Counted from the first letter of the stretch, positions 19,407-29,482 are shown. The stretch: 64,000 nucleotides of DNA from Pseudomonadota bacterium (GCA_041178425.1 JBEGVH010000006.1:64001-128000), one strand, 5' to 3'. Program-made: numbers and translations. Notes: a model not told the origin generated them from the sequence alone.

Positions 19407-20969
19407 TCAAAGGTGTATTTGAGGGCGTTCTAATGATGGCTCGACCGCGACGGGACCCATTTTGTAGGTGCGTTCGTAGTCTTCGGCGATGAGTCCGCAA
19501 GTAGCTTTTGCAGATTGAACAACGCCAGGTAAACCAGCCCCTGGGTGAGTTCCTGCGCCAACAAAGTAAAGGCCGGCAATTTTCTCATCTCTGTTATGAG
19601 TACGGAAATAAGCGCTTTGAGTGAGAGTTGGTTCAAGGGAAAAAGCAGAACCGTGGTAAGAATTTAACTCTTTTTCAAAATCGTTTGGAGTAAAAATCTT
19701 CTGAGTCACGATGTTCTCACTCAGACCCGGGAGATAGTGTTTTTCAAGATAATTTATGATCTTTTGTGCGTACTTTGGAGCTTCTGTTTTCCAGTTGATA
19801 TCGGCCAATCCCAAGTGAGGAACAGGAGAAAGAACGTAGAAGGTTTCGCAACCTTCGGGCGCTAAACTTGGGTCGGTTTGAGTGGGCGCATGGAGATAAA
19901 GGGAAAAATCATCAGCAAGATGGCCTTTGTCAAAGATGTCAGCCAAAAGGTCTTTGTACCGAGGGCCGAACAAAACCATGTGATGAGCAAGATTTGAAAA
20001 TTTCTTTTTTGTTCCAAAATAAATCAGGAAAAGCGACATGCTGAAGCTTTTTTTATCGATCGCTTTGGTCATCTCAGGTCCGCGAGGGTGGCGATCGAGA
20101 AGATTTTTATATGTATGCATCACATCAGCGTTGCTCACGACGAGATCAGCTGCAAGAGTTTCGCCTCTACGGGTGCGCACTCCGGAGACATGCTTGTTGT
20201 CTACCAAAATTTGATCAATTTCACAGTTGAGCAAAAGTTTTCCGCCATTTTCATGAAATAAACGAGTAAAGGCCTTTACTAGGGCGCCTGTACCTCCCCT
20301 CGGAAAGGTCACTCCCCATTTTTGTTCGAGAAAATGAATAAGCGTGTAGATTGAGGAGGTTTGAAATGGATTGCCACCGACAAGAAGTGAATGAAAACTG
20401 AAAGCCTGGCGAAGCTTTTCGTTTTTCACATACTGCCCAACAGTTTGATAAACATTTTGATAGGCTTTTAGTTTAACCAGCTGAGGGGCTACACGAATCA
20501 TTGACCACCAATCCAAAAAAGCTTCAGCCGAGAGTTTTTCATAACCCTCTTTGAATACTTCTTCGCTATAGGAAAGAAATTGGCGGTACCCTTCAGCGTC
20601 TTTTGTTCCAGAGAGAGCCGTAATCTGTCGAAGGGTTTCATCGAGATTTTGTCCGTAATTGAAGCGAGTGCCGTCTTCCCAGCAGAGTTGGTAAAAGGGA
20701 TTGACGGGCATAAGTTCACAGTAATCGGAAAGTCTTTTGCCCACGCTTTCAAAGACTTCTTCGAGGCAGCTTGGTGCAGTGATAACAGTTGGTCCGGCAT
20801 CAAAGGTGAAGCCGTCTTGCTTATAGACGTAAGCGCGCCCGCCCGGTTGATCTCTTTTTTCGCAAATAGTGACTTGAAATCCTTGTGATTGAAGGCGAAT
20901 GGCTGTGGCGAGTCCACCAAAGCCACTTCCAATAACGATTGCTTTTGGGTTTTTTTTCTTAATATGCAT
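19407..20969 (-). CDS. crtI: phytoene desaturase
   Basis: IGSGFGGLA, FDAGPTVIT, HSLLVGGNP, GAGTHPGAGLPGV. Confidence 0.96.
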   Translation of the reverse strand: MHIKKKNPKAIVIGSGFGGLATAIRLQSQGFQVTICEKRDQPGGRAYVYKQDGFTFDAGPTVITAPSCLEEVFESVGKRLSDYCELMPVNPFYQLCWEDGTRFNYGQNLDETLRQITALSGTKDAEGYRQFLSYSEEVFKEGYEKLSAEAFLDWWSMIRVAPQLVKLKAYQNVYQTVGQYVKNEKLRQAFSFHSLLVGGNPFQTSSIYTLIHFLEQKWGVTFPRGGTGALVKAFTRLFHENGGKLLLNCEIDQILVDNKHVSGVRTRRGETLAADLVVSNADVMHTYKNLLDRHPRGPEMTKAIDKKSFSMSLFLIYFGTKKKFSNLAHHMVLFGPRYKDLLADIFDKGHLADDFSLYLHAPTQTDPSLAPEGCETFYVLSPVPHLGLADINWKTEAPKYAQKIINYLEKHYLPGLSENIVTQKIFTPNDFEKELNSYHGSAFSLEPTLTQSAYFRTHNRDEKIAGLYFVGAGTHPGAGLPGVVQSAKATCGLIAEDYERTYKMGPVAVEPSLERPQIHL

Positions 20970-22020
20970 GGGATAACCTCTCTAGCATGGTGTTCAATTG
21001 TTCGAAGGCAGCAGGGGAAAGTTTATTGGCATTTTGAGCTAGATCATTCAGCCATTGTTGCTGAAGTTCGGTAGCTCGAGTTTTGGCAAGATGTTTCAAA
21101 TTCAAACGTTCAATGGCAGGCTCAATGGCTTCTTTAAAGAGCGGCATTTGCCGTTGGTTATGAATGAGGTTAACAAATTCGTGGTAGTCGGTGGAACTAC
21201 AGAGATCAGCGAGCACAGCCCAAACAAAAGTGGGTCGCATGAATTTTAAATCTTCATATTGTTTTTGCGGATTGTTAGCTGAGGTCAGATTACCAATATC
21301 ATCGTGCATCTGCAGAAACTGTCCGAATTGCAATCCAAGGTCGTTGAGAGCATCCAAAGTTTGATCGAGGAAGCGGCATTGTTCTTTCGTTAGAGTATTA
21401 AAAAAAGCAAGCGCACCCAGTTTGAGAGAGAGGGCTGTCAGAGCACCGGATTTTAATTCAATACTCTTGAAAACAATCTCTGTGATATGAGGTTGCGGTA
21501 TATCGCGGAGATTGGTACCGATATCGATGGCCTGGCCTGTATGAGCTAAAAGTAATGTTTTATGGCATTCGGCGATGGCGATCGACTTGATTGATTCTTG
21601 CAAGTTAGAGTTTTGGATTAAAACCAAGGGCCAAAAGTAGAGCCAGTTTCCGGCGTTGAGCGCGAGCGGAAGGCCATGAATTTTATGAAGAGTGGGGCGA
21701 CCTCGGCGTATTTCTGTTTCATCTTCGATGTCATCAATAATGAGAGAGCCTGAATGTATGAGTTCAATGACATCATTAAAAAGTTTAATGTCTTTTTCTC
21801 CAAAAGAAGAGCCCTTCAATTTTTCGTTGTCGAATTCTTGTGCTACTTGATACCCAAAGTTGATAAGTTCCGAGCGAAAGCCCTTTTTTGGTCGACTTAA
21901 AAATTCGTTAATTGGATTGAGCAATGACGTCTGACACAGATCATTCAATGGATCGTTCTGTTGGCTTGAGATCTTTGTGAGTTGGAATAACTCATGATAG
22001 CCAAAAGTTTGCTCTCTCAT
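20959..22020 (-). CDS. crtE: polyprenyl (geranylgeranyl) diphosphate synthase
   Basis: LIIDDIED..RRGRP, GQAIDI, QMHDD; within the crt operon. Confidence 0.88.
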   Translation of the reverse strand: MREQTFGYHELFQLTKISSQQNDPLNDLCQTSLLNPINEFLSRPKKGFRSELINFGYQVAQEFDNEKLKGSSFGEKDIKLFNDVIELIHSGSLIIDDIEDETEIRRGRPTLHKIHGLPLALNAGNWLYFWPLVLIQNSNLQESIKSIAIAECHKTLLLAHTGQAIDIGTNLRDIPQPHITEIVFKSIELKSGALTALSLKLGALAFFNTLTKEQCRFLDQTLDALNDLGLQFGQFLQMHDDIGNLTSANNPQKQYEDLKFMRPTFVWAVLADLCSSTDYHEFVNLIHNQRQMPLFKEAIEPAIERLNLKHLAKTRATELQQQWLNDLAQNANKLSPAAFEQLNTMLERLSHAY

Positions 22021-23243
22021 ATCTGATCATCCGAGGCAATGAGTTTGTTAGACGTTTGTAAAGCTGGGAAAATAATTTTTAAGGCGGTGATAACGGGTAT
22101 GGGCGGTCGGCCGACAAGCAAACGCAGCTTATCGATAAAGTTTGTTTGGCCCGAGTAAAATCGAGAGATCGTTTTGACTGGCAATCGATAAAATCTCGAG
22201 AAAATATTTTTACGATTTGTTTCGTCAGACCCTAAGAACATCAGTCGATTCAGAAATAAATAAAAAGGTCTCGTTTTTTCATTTTGATTTTGGAGTTTTC
22301 GTAAGCAGGCTGCCACCTGTTCTTTGGTTGGATGCGACAAATCAGATAAGGCTTCGGCCACTCGAGTGCTCCACAGAAAAGAATATCCTGTGACCGGATG
22401 GTAAAAGTCGGCGCCGGTGCCTATGAAAAATGGTTGGCCGCCTATCGATTCATTCGAACTCTTAAGTGAATGAAGGGGAATTGGTAAAACACCAGTTTCT
22501 GTTCTCATAACCGTTTCGATGGGCCAGTGCTTTGTGAAAGCATAGTGCTTTAAATCAGAAATGGAGGTTTGAACAGGGAGTTGATGATTGTTGCTATAGT
22601 AGGTGTCTTCGATAAGGAGCGTTTCTTCTGTCAATGGAAGGGCGTAAATAAAGCGATATCCGTCGGTTTGATCGATGTTTGCATCCATGAGCAGGGGGCG
22701 ATTCAGCCGATGAGGACCTCTTGTTTTTATTTCAAGTCCGACAAACTTCTGAAATCCCCAATGGCGTTTTTGCATTTCAGGCAAAGTGAGTTTAGGTATT
22801 GATCGAGCATCAATGACGATTGTTCCAAAAAATGTTCTGCCGGTTGTGGTTTTAACGTGAGTATCTGAGATTTCTTCGATTTTTGCTCCCATCATCAGGT
22901 GATCGCGGAGAAAATGCTGCATTTTGGAAAAAAAATCTCTGGCCAAAATGGTATGGTAACTGAGGTTGACGGTGGTGCGCTTTTTTGAAAATTGAACGTC
23001 GTAGTTGTTCCAGGAAGCCGTGAGAAAGTCTTTCCAAAGGTTTATGTTTGAAACATCGTTTTGATGGAAAGACCAAGTTTTATCGCAAGCAAACGAATCC
23101 TGGCTTTCAAAGATTTTGAAGCTGAGGTGAGGTTGTTTTATCTTTAGCTGGTAAGCGTAACACAATCCAGAAAGTCCGCCACCAACAATCAGAATATCGA
23201 AAGCACCTTCATAGTTTTTGTTTAAGAATAATCTATCGCCCAT
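22017..23243 (-). CDS. crtY: lycopene beta-cyclase
   Basis: GGGLSG, TWSFH, QKFVG, MDA..Q.DGYRFIYALP, IEDTYYS, HPVTGYS, RFY. Confidence 0.92.
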   Translation of the reverse strand: MGDRLFLNKNYEGAFDILIVGGGLSGLCYAYQLKIKQPHLSFKIFESQDSFACDKTWSFHQNDVSNINLWKDFLTASWNNYDVQFSKKRTTVNLSYHTILARDFFSKMQHFLRDHLMMGAKIEEISDTHVKTTTGRTFFGTIVIDARSIPKLTLPEMQKRHWGFQKFVGLEIKTRGPHRLNRPLLMDANIDQTDGYRFIYALPLTEETLLIEDTYYSNNHQLPVQTSISDLKHYAFTKHWPIETVMRTETGVLPIPLHSLKSSNESIGGQPFFIGTGADFYHPVTGYSFLWSTRVAEALSDLSHPTKEQVAACLRKLQNQNEKTRPFYLFLNRLMFLGSDETNRKNIFSRFYRLPVKTISRFYSGQTNFIDKLRLLVGRPPIPVITALKIIFPALQTSNKLIASDDQI

Positions 23244-23251
23244 CGAATTTG

Positions 23252-23282
23252 ACTATACCGAGATAAAATGGGTATTTGTCAA
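23252..23282 (-). promoter_or_regulatory. sigma70-type promoter with 19-bp spacer (crt operon)
   Basis: Minus strand TTGACA-N19-TATAGT ending 8 nt before the crtY ATG; ATAAAATG/CATTTTAT inverted repeat (23263-23300) brackets the -35. Confidence 0.55.
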
Positions 23283-23402
23283 AGAATTGTCGCATTTTAT
23301 TGGAAGCATTGACGGCCGCTCCATAAAATGTGAGGGGAGCGGCTTAAGTAATTTAGTTTTCTTAAGGGAGGCGATCAGCTTAGATTTCGAATCGAAGAAA
23401 CA

Positions 23403-25262
23403 TTAGGCCGCAGTGACCTCTTCGTCGCCGTCAACCACAAACTCCGAATAAGGAGTTTTAATTTCTTTGTAGTTGATATCAGGCCATACTCGATATCCGC
23501 GCACTTTAAAGAGCGAAAAGGCGAGCGCTTTGCCTTTCACATAGTGAAAGCCCGCCTGTTCGAGCCAGAATACATCGCTAATTTTTTCAGACGTAATCTC
23601 GCTAATGAGGAGATCGAAGCCGTACACTTTCGTGGAGGATTCAATTCTTGCAGCGTGTTTTACTATGTCTCCAAAAACCCGCAGTTGGGATCGCTCATGA
23701 GAACCAACTCTTCCGATGATGGCCTCTCCATGGTGAACGCCCATGCCAATGCGAAGAGGTTTTAGGCCTGTGGCGACTCGAAGGTTGTTTAGGCCCTCGA
23801 TGGCTAAGCGGATATCCAGGGCACAAAAAAGAGCCTGCTCGGTATCGCTGTCTTTGGCTTCGTGCACTCCCCAAACAACCGAAAGACTCTCAGCGTCTAC
23901 GTGTTCAACCCAACCTTGATGTTTGTCGATCATTCGCATGAGAACCTCGATGGTCTCATTCACGGTGGTTAGTATTTTTGCTGGATGGTCTCCCTCGCAC
24001 ATCGAAAGAATGTGGCTGAAGTCGCAATGAAGCACGGTCACTTGTCGGTGATGCCCAACAAAGTCTTCCTCTTTGAATCGCATCATGGAGTGAATCGCCG
24101 CCTTGCCAAACGCTTGGTGCATTATGGCATAAGCTTTAACGCGTTCCTTCAAGCCAATAGCAATATCATCAAAATGGTTGGCGAGAGTTTTAAACTCATC
24201 GGGTGTGGTCATTTGTGGTGCAATTTTAAAGTCAAACTGGCCATCCAGCATTTTTCGCACGGCTTGACGAAGAAGAGTCATGGCCTGCTTTATATGATCG
24301 ATCATAAAAAACACAAGAAAGAGCGAAATAGCAAAGATGATTCCGATAAAGAGAGTCCATTGGCGAAAAGTTTGTTGAAAAGGAGAGGAAATAATCCCTT
24401 CTTCGGACGTGCTAAAAACCGTGGGGCCCAAAGTTGTTTTTGCGTAAGACCCGGTGAATTGCCGATTGGTTCGATTGACGGGAAGTTGATATTGGATATT
24501 GCCCCGCGGGCTGGCATCTTGAAGCCCGGCTTTAACGAGCGGATTGTCAGTCAAAGAGCGTCCCTCGATCGTAAGATATTCATCTGGATGTGCCAATGTG
24601 TTGCCAAAACGATCGACTAAAAAAACAGTCCGGTCTTTGAAGGTAGAGAAAATACGTTGAACACGCGCCAGTTCAACATAAAAGATAGCAGCAAGAGCAA
24701 CCTCTTGATTGAGGTTACGAGAAAGGGGAACACCCACAGCCATGAGAGGTACTTCTGGTTCGATGGTTGCAATTTGTATGTCATTACCCTTTTGAGCAAG
24801 CGCTCTGATAGGGAAAGGTTTAAATAAATTAATTCGTTTGATGTAGGATTTATCTTTGCCCAGGCGTTCGAGGGCCTTGTTATTCATGATGGCGTGGCTC
24901 AATTCGTATTCATCTTCATTAGCACTGTAAATTGTAATTCCTAGTAAATCTGGCTCATTAGCAATAAGATGTTCGAGGTGGTCGACCATTTCTAGTTTGT
25001 TGGCTTTTCCGGCATCGAGCAATAAAGTGGAAAGTAGTTTTGATTTTTCCATGAGGGCGCGAACATAATTTTCAAATTCTTTGGCCTTTGTCACAGCGAC
25101 CAGCGTATTGGCTTCTTCTTCTTTATTGAGATCAATTTGCTCGAAATACTTTATGGTGTAGAGATTAAAAGGCACGCTGCCAATAAAAACTAAAACGATG
25201 GTCGCTAATGCCATTCGAATCACAAATGAGTTGGACGAGGTCTTAAGGAAATTAGTAATCAT
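23403..25262 (-). CDS. membrane Cache-HAMP-class III nucleotide cyclase, catalytically degenerate
   Basis: Two TM helices, Cache-like (LVDRFGNTLAHPD), HAMP (DEFKTLANHFD), cyclase fold (RIGMGVHHG, AARIES, VKGK). Confidence 0.85.
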   Translation of the reverse strand: MITNFLKTSSNSFVIRMALATIVLVFIGSVPFNLYTIKYFEQIDLNKEEEANTLVAVTKAKEFENYVRALMEKSKLLSTLLLDAGKANKLEMVDHLEHLIANEPDLLGITIYSANEDEYELSHAIMNNKALERLGKDKSYIKRINLFKPFPIRALAQKGNDIQIATIEPEVPLMAVGVPLSRNLNQEVALAAIFYVELARVQRIFSTFKDRTVFLVDRFGNTLAHPDEYLTIEGRSLTDNPLVKAGLQDASPRGNIQYQLPVNRTNRQFTGSYAKTTLGPTVFSTSEEGIISSPFQQTFRQWTLFIGIIFAISLFLVFFMIDHIKQAMTLLRQAVRKMLDGQFDFKIAPQMTTPDEFKTLANHFDDIAIGLKERVKAYAIMHQAFGKAAIHSMMRFKEEDFVGHHRQVTVLHCDFSHILSMCEGDHPAKILTTVNETIEVLMRMIDKHQGWVEHVDAESLSVVWGVHEAKDSDTEQALFCALDIRLAIEGLNNLRVATGLKPLRIGMGVHHGEAIIGRVGSHERSQLRVFGDIVKHAARIESSTKVYGFDLLISEITSEKISDVFWLEQAGFHYVKGKALAFSLFKVRGYRVWPDINYKEIKTPYSEFVVDGDEEVTAA

Positions 25263-26850
25263 ACTCTACCCCTAAACTCAAATAATGGCCAGACAGATCA
25301 AATGTTGATGTGCTTGAGGCCCCAAGTTTCTCGTTTTTATCATCAAAGGAGAAGCTTTGTTTGTTGTAAGAATATCCGGCTATCGTGGTCAGTCTCTTCG
25401 AAGATTTATAAGATGATTGAATGTTCAATTGATAAAAGTTGACGTTCTTTAGCTCGTTACCGGCAGTGGATTTAGCGTTAATTGGTTTGAGGTAATTAAA
25501 GCTATAATCGATAGCCCACTTGTTTGATTTGATTTCTCGATACCCCAGATCGATCTGAGGCCCGGAAGTGCTGATAGCTTTGAGTTGAGTTCCTGAAAAA
25601 ATAGAGGTTACCTCTGGTAATTGCTTTAAGAAAAGACCCAGTTTAAGGCGAAGACTCTCTTCTTCGCTGATCTCGACGTTGAAGATGCCAAAGATATTAG
25701 AACTCATGAAGTTATACTTTTTCTCATCGATGTTGAGGCCAGTGAACTGCAGGTCAACAAAGTACCCGTGAGAAGACTCATCATAGATAGCACCGTAGCC
25801 TACAGCTCCCGTGCTCGTGATGGCATTGAGATTGAGGCTTCGATTGTCGGAGACTAATTTAGTTTTATAGTTAAACTGAGAAAGGCTGTACGAAGCCGTT
25901 AAATAAGGTTTGTTGGCCGTGATGGACGATTCTTTTACATAGGCATCATAGGCGGAAGCAATAGAACGGTCGCCATGCTGAAGTTCAAAGACCATTTCGG
26001 TGGGTTCTGTGGGTTTTCTATAGAGTCCGTTCGGGGCCGCAACGAGTTTGTATTGTCCACCAGTCCAGTCCTCTTGAATGCTAAACATCGTGGCTTTTTT
26101 CTGAGTCGTTACTTCAGTAAAGAATTGATAGTCATCCGCCGTTGGATCGTACTGGTAGACTTGAATAGACACACTGGCTTCATCGGGCAGTGGATTGAAT
26201 TCAATCTCTCTAAGGTAGGGAGACGCTGGTTTTTTAAATTCGACCATAGGGAGGCTTGGTCCAATGATTGTGAGTTCATTAATATTGGTCGGTTTTTCGC
26301 CAACAGCGCCATTGGAGTCGGTCGCTTGAACGAACCATTTATATTTTTTTGAGGAATCAAGCTTCATCGCAAAGAGGGTGTCTTGGGTTTTAATAGACTC
26401 AAGAAGTTCTCCTGATTCAGACAAAATATTAAGAATATAAAATTCGGCTTCTCTCTGGCTCTGCCACTGAAATCGGATGGGGTAGGAAAGGTCATCGGTA
26501 GTGACCGTGTGAGAAGGTTCCGGAAATATTGTGTCGACGTTTTTGAGTTTAACTTCAAAAGGAATCGCCTCGCTCCAGTCTCCATAGATGCCGCGAATGT
26601 CTTTTCCGCGAACCCTCATCCAGTATTTGCCAGCAGGCATCGGTCCCGACCATCGTGCTTCGGGCACGTTGGTGAGAGTTTTAAAAGGGGTGCCTTTTCC
26701 GGCCTTGCCAAATTCCAATTGGTAACCGCGAGCTTCTGCAGCGGCTTCCCATTCGAGATTGATGACGCGCTCCTCGGCCTGAGCCAAAGATGCAAATCCA
26801 AAAATAAGGTTCGTTGCGATAAAGAGGTGCCAGCCGATCTTTTTGATCAT
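25252..26850 (-). CDS. exported protein: N-terminal FN3/Ig-like domains plus C-terminal outer-membrane beta-barrel
   Basis: Signal peptide; LEW..GYQLE..YWMRVRG..GDWS; amphipathic strands ending SLGVEYDY. Confidence 0.7.
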   Translation of the reverse strand: MIKKIGWHLFIATNLIFGFASLAQAEERVINLEWEAAAEARGYQLEFGKAGKGTPFKTLTNVPEARWSGPMPAGKYWMRVRGKDIRGIYGDWSEAIPFEVKLKNVDTIFPEPSHTVTTDDLSYPIRFQWQSQREAEFYILNILSESGELLESIKTQDTLFAMKLDSSKKYKWFVQATDSNGAVGEKPTNINELTIIGPSLPMVEFKKPASPYLREIEFNPLPDEASVSIQVYQYDPTADDYQFFTEVTTQKKATMFSIQEDWTGGQYKLVAAPNGLYRKPTEPTEMVFELQHGDRSIASAYDAYVKESSITANKPYLTASYSLSQFNYKTKLVSDNRSLNLNAITSTGAVGYGAIYDESSHGYFVDLQFTGLNIDEKKYNFMSSNIFGIFNVEISEEESLRLKLGLFLKQLPEVTSIFSGTQLKAISTSGPQIDLGYREIKSNKWAIDYSFNYLKPINAKSTAGNELKNVNFYQLNIQSSYKSSKRLTTIAGYSYNKQSFSFDDKNEKLGASSTSTFDLSGHYLSLGVEYDY

Positions 26851-28586
26851 CGCACCTCCAGCTTTTTAATTTTAAGAGGTTTAACCGCAGAAACCTGGGG
26901 AACATAGATCTCACGCGACTCAGAAACGTATCCTGGTCGACCCGTTTTATCTATGGCTACGACTCTTACCTCGTAGGAACCAGGGAGAAGTTTATTAAAC
27001 GAATAGCTCGTGCCCTTGGTTTCGTAGCGGAAGCTGCGTTGCCCAGACGCTCTGAGTTCAACATAATACTCGACGGCTCCCTCAACGCTTCTCCATTGAA
27101 CGGTGACGTTACCTGTATTAGACGCTCTCACACTGATAGGTCCTTCCATCGCGGGGGCGCGAAGCATCGGAAGGGGTTTTAATTCAAACTGAAGAATCGG
27201 TGAGTGGCCAATCATTTCGCCATCGCTGTTATAAGCTTCTACCTGAGCCTGATATTGGCCCTCTTTCGGAAAAGTTTTGATGGCTTCTTCCGTGGTGACT
27301 TTTGTTGGCTTGGCAGCAGTGATCTCTCCAATCGGGTTCGCAACACGTAAAAGGTAAAACGAAACAGGGCGGGTCGATTCCGTAGACCACTTCATGGCCA
27401 AACTTGGTTCTTTAGAAACATACCATATGGTTTTTTCAGCAGGTGCTACCCAACGAATGACGGCACGCTCTTTGGTGAAGGGGGCTATCTTAAAGCGGTT
27501 AGGTTTTGTTTTGATCCAGGTTTTCGTTTTTTTATCCAGGCTAACGATGCGCCAAAAATAGGACCCGTTTTCAAGATCGGTCAACCGCATTTGGTGTTCG
27601 TTTTTAAAAGATTCTGCTCTTAAGCCTTCAGAAAAATCTTCATCTCGAGCGACCTCTACTCGATACTCGAGATAGTGGTCATTCGGAGTCCAGTGAAGGA
27701 AAATTGATTTTTGTGCATCGGTGGGGTTTATCGTAATGCCATTGAGCGGGCTCACGAGGGTTGGAAGTATTCTGTTGCGCACGCGCGCTTTTGCCACATT
27801 GGAGGCCCAGAGAAGATTTCCATTGTCGGGGGCATAGATGGCCCAGCGCCAAAAGTATTCGCCAACGGGTAGTGAAACATTCAAATTGTTGCTCAATACA
27901 GATGTCTTTTTTCGATTGGATAAATTTTTTCTAGTAGGCCCCCATTCAATGGCGATCTCAATGTCTTTTTGTGTGGCTTGATTTCCGGCCCACGTAAAAA
28001 GTTTACTCGGAATGACTCCCGCATTTGTTTCGAGCTCAAAATCATCGGATTCACCGGTCCAATTGACCTCGTAAGGATTTTTTTGAGCCAATCGTCGCGT
28101 GGGGTTCATGATAACTTGGCTATTGGGCTCCTTATAAATAAAGGAGTAATTGCTATGAAGAAAGTATTCTCTTCCATCGACCACTTTGAACTGCGTTGGT
28201 TTTTTTGAGTCGAGATGAAAAGCGCCCTCTCTGACATAAAAAGAAATAATGCCATCATCATTTTCTTTGAGAACTAAGCGCGATCCTGATTCTATTCTGA
28301 GGACACCACGCTCGTCCGTAAATTGGAGGCGGATCTCTCCGTACTCATCGGTCTTTATTTCGTCGTCGTTGTGAACCGGATCGCCGAGGATCAAAGGGTT
28401 CCATAGCTTGGCGTGTTGATTTTTAACTGAGTGGTAACCCTCGTTGTCTTGAATAAAGCCAATCACTCGGGATTTGTTTTTTATGGCAGAAGGAGGTTCT
28501 GATTGAAAAAAGTAACCTAAGCTCAGTGCTAAAACACCGAGTGGTAGATAGATTACTTTTAAAAATCTCATGCTCAACAATTTCAA
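26847..28586 (-). CDS. membrane-anchored FecR-domain protein with FN3-like repeats
   Basis: N-terminal TM; LILGDPVHNDDEIKT..IRLQF..LRIESGS (FecR-like); repeated GxYxWR/GxYxVRV; GGAGGAG RBS before TTG. Confidence 0.75.
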   Translation of the reverse strand: MKLLSMRFLKVIYLPLGVLALSLGYFFQSEPPSAIKNKSRVIGFIQDNEGYHSVKNQHAKLWNPLILGDPVHNDDEIKTDEYGEIRLQFTDERGVLRIESGSRLVLKENDDGIISFYVREGAFHLDSKKPTQFKVVDGREYFLHSNYSFIYKEPNSQVIMNPTRRLAQKNPYEVNWTGESDDFELETNAGVIPSKLFTWAGNQATQKDIEIAIEWGPTRKNLSNRKKTSVLSNNLNVSLPVGEYFWRWAIYAPDNGNLLWASNVAKARVRNRILPTLVSPLNGITINPTDAQKSIFLHWTPNDHYLEYRVEVARDEDFSEGLRAESFKNEHQMRLTDLENGSYFWRIVSLDKKTKTWIKTKPNRFKIAPFTKERAVIRWVAPAEKTIWYVSKEPSLAMKWSTESTRPVSFYLLRVANPIGEITAAKPTKVTTEEAIKTFPKEGQYQAQVEAYNSDGEMIGHSPILQFELKPLPMLRAPAMEGPISVRASNTGNVTVQWRSVEGAVEYYVELRASGQRSFRYETKGTSYSFNKLLPGSYEVRVVAIDKTGRPGYVSESREIYVPQVSAVKPLKIKKLEVR

Positions 28587-28715
28587 GAGTAGACTCCTCC
28601 AGTCAATCTATCGGAGTGAGACGTCAAAAAATAAATAGGATTAAGGTCGAGTTTTTACTTAAATTATTAGGAATGCTTGCGGCGGGCTTAGGAAGCCAGA
28701 GGGCTTTAGGTGTTT

Positions 28716-29447
28716 CTAGGGTTGGTGGCGGATAGAAGCACTACTGCAACCGGATTCATTACCTGCATAGTCTTTAAATTTAGCATAAACGGTGTTGGTA
28801 GCGTTGGCATTAGGCAGTGCGAGGTCTGATTTTTCACCAAGACCATAGTTATACCATTGGCCTCCAGTTTCACAATCCGAGTTAAAGGTAAAATAAACAT
28901 ATTTTGGTTTTAGAAGAAAGCTGCCAGCTTGAAGAGCGATGGAATACTCTGCTTTAACAACTAGATCAGCAGTTGTTGAACTGCCACCATCAAGATCAAG
29001 AAAACCAATATCAAATGTTGGCTGTAAAAAATAACCCGAGAGAGGTTCCGTCTCGAATTCATTAGCGAGGGCTTTCATCTGAAAGGGAATCACTGCCGCA
29101 TTTACGTTGGCGGGTGCAATACTTGCTGGCAAGGCATTGAGTGGCAAAAGAATTTCAGCGAGGCCGTCCACACATTCGATATCACTCACCTTCGCGAATG
29201 TCGTTCCCTCGTTGAGACTCAAATAGAGTTCTCTATGAGCGGTCTCGCAGACGATGTGAAAAGTTGCGAGCTTGGAAGTTTTGTTAACAATGAGTCCATT
29301 CAATAGCGGCGCCTCTCCGTCTTGGCGCAACGAAAAAGAGGCCGATGATAGGCCCAAGCTACTCTGTGTTTGTGTCGCCTTCGTGCAGCTAATTTCGAAA
29401 AAAACTAAAACTGCAAGGAGGCTCCAAGATGAAACAAACTTCCTCAT
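28716..29447 (-). CDS. putative lipoprotein with C-terminal Ig-like module
   Basis: Lipobox-like EISC; C-terminal TVYAKFKDYAGNES. Confidence 0.6.
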   Translation of the reverse strand: MRKFVSSWSLLAVLVFFEISCTKATQTQSSLGLSSASFSLRQDGEAPLLNGLIVNKTSKLATFHIVCETAHRELYLSLNEGTTFAKVSDIECVDGLAEILLPLNALPASIAPANVNAAVIPFQMKALANEFETEPLSGYFLQPTFDIGFLDLDGGSSTTADLVVKAEYSIALQAGSFLLKPKYVYFTFNSDCETGGQWYNYGLGEKSDLALPNANATNTVYAKFKDYAGNESGCSSASIRHQP

Positions 29448-29454
29448 GGTATTT

Positions 29455-29482
29455 TCTTCGGACGAATCAGTGGTTTACTTGA
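29455..29482 (-). promoter_or_regulatory. sigma28-like promoter (possibly leaderless transcript)
   Basis: TCAAG-N15-TCCGAAGA ending 7 nt before ATG 29447. Confidence 0.4.
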
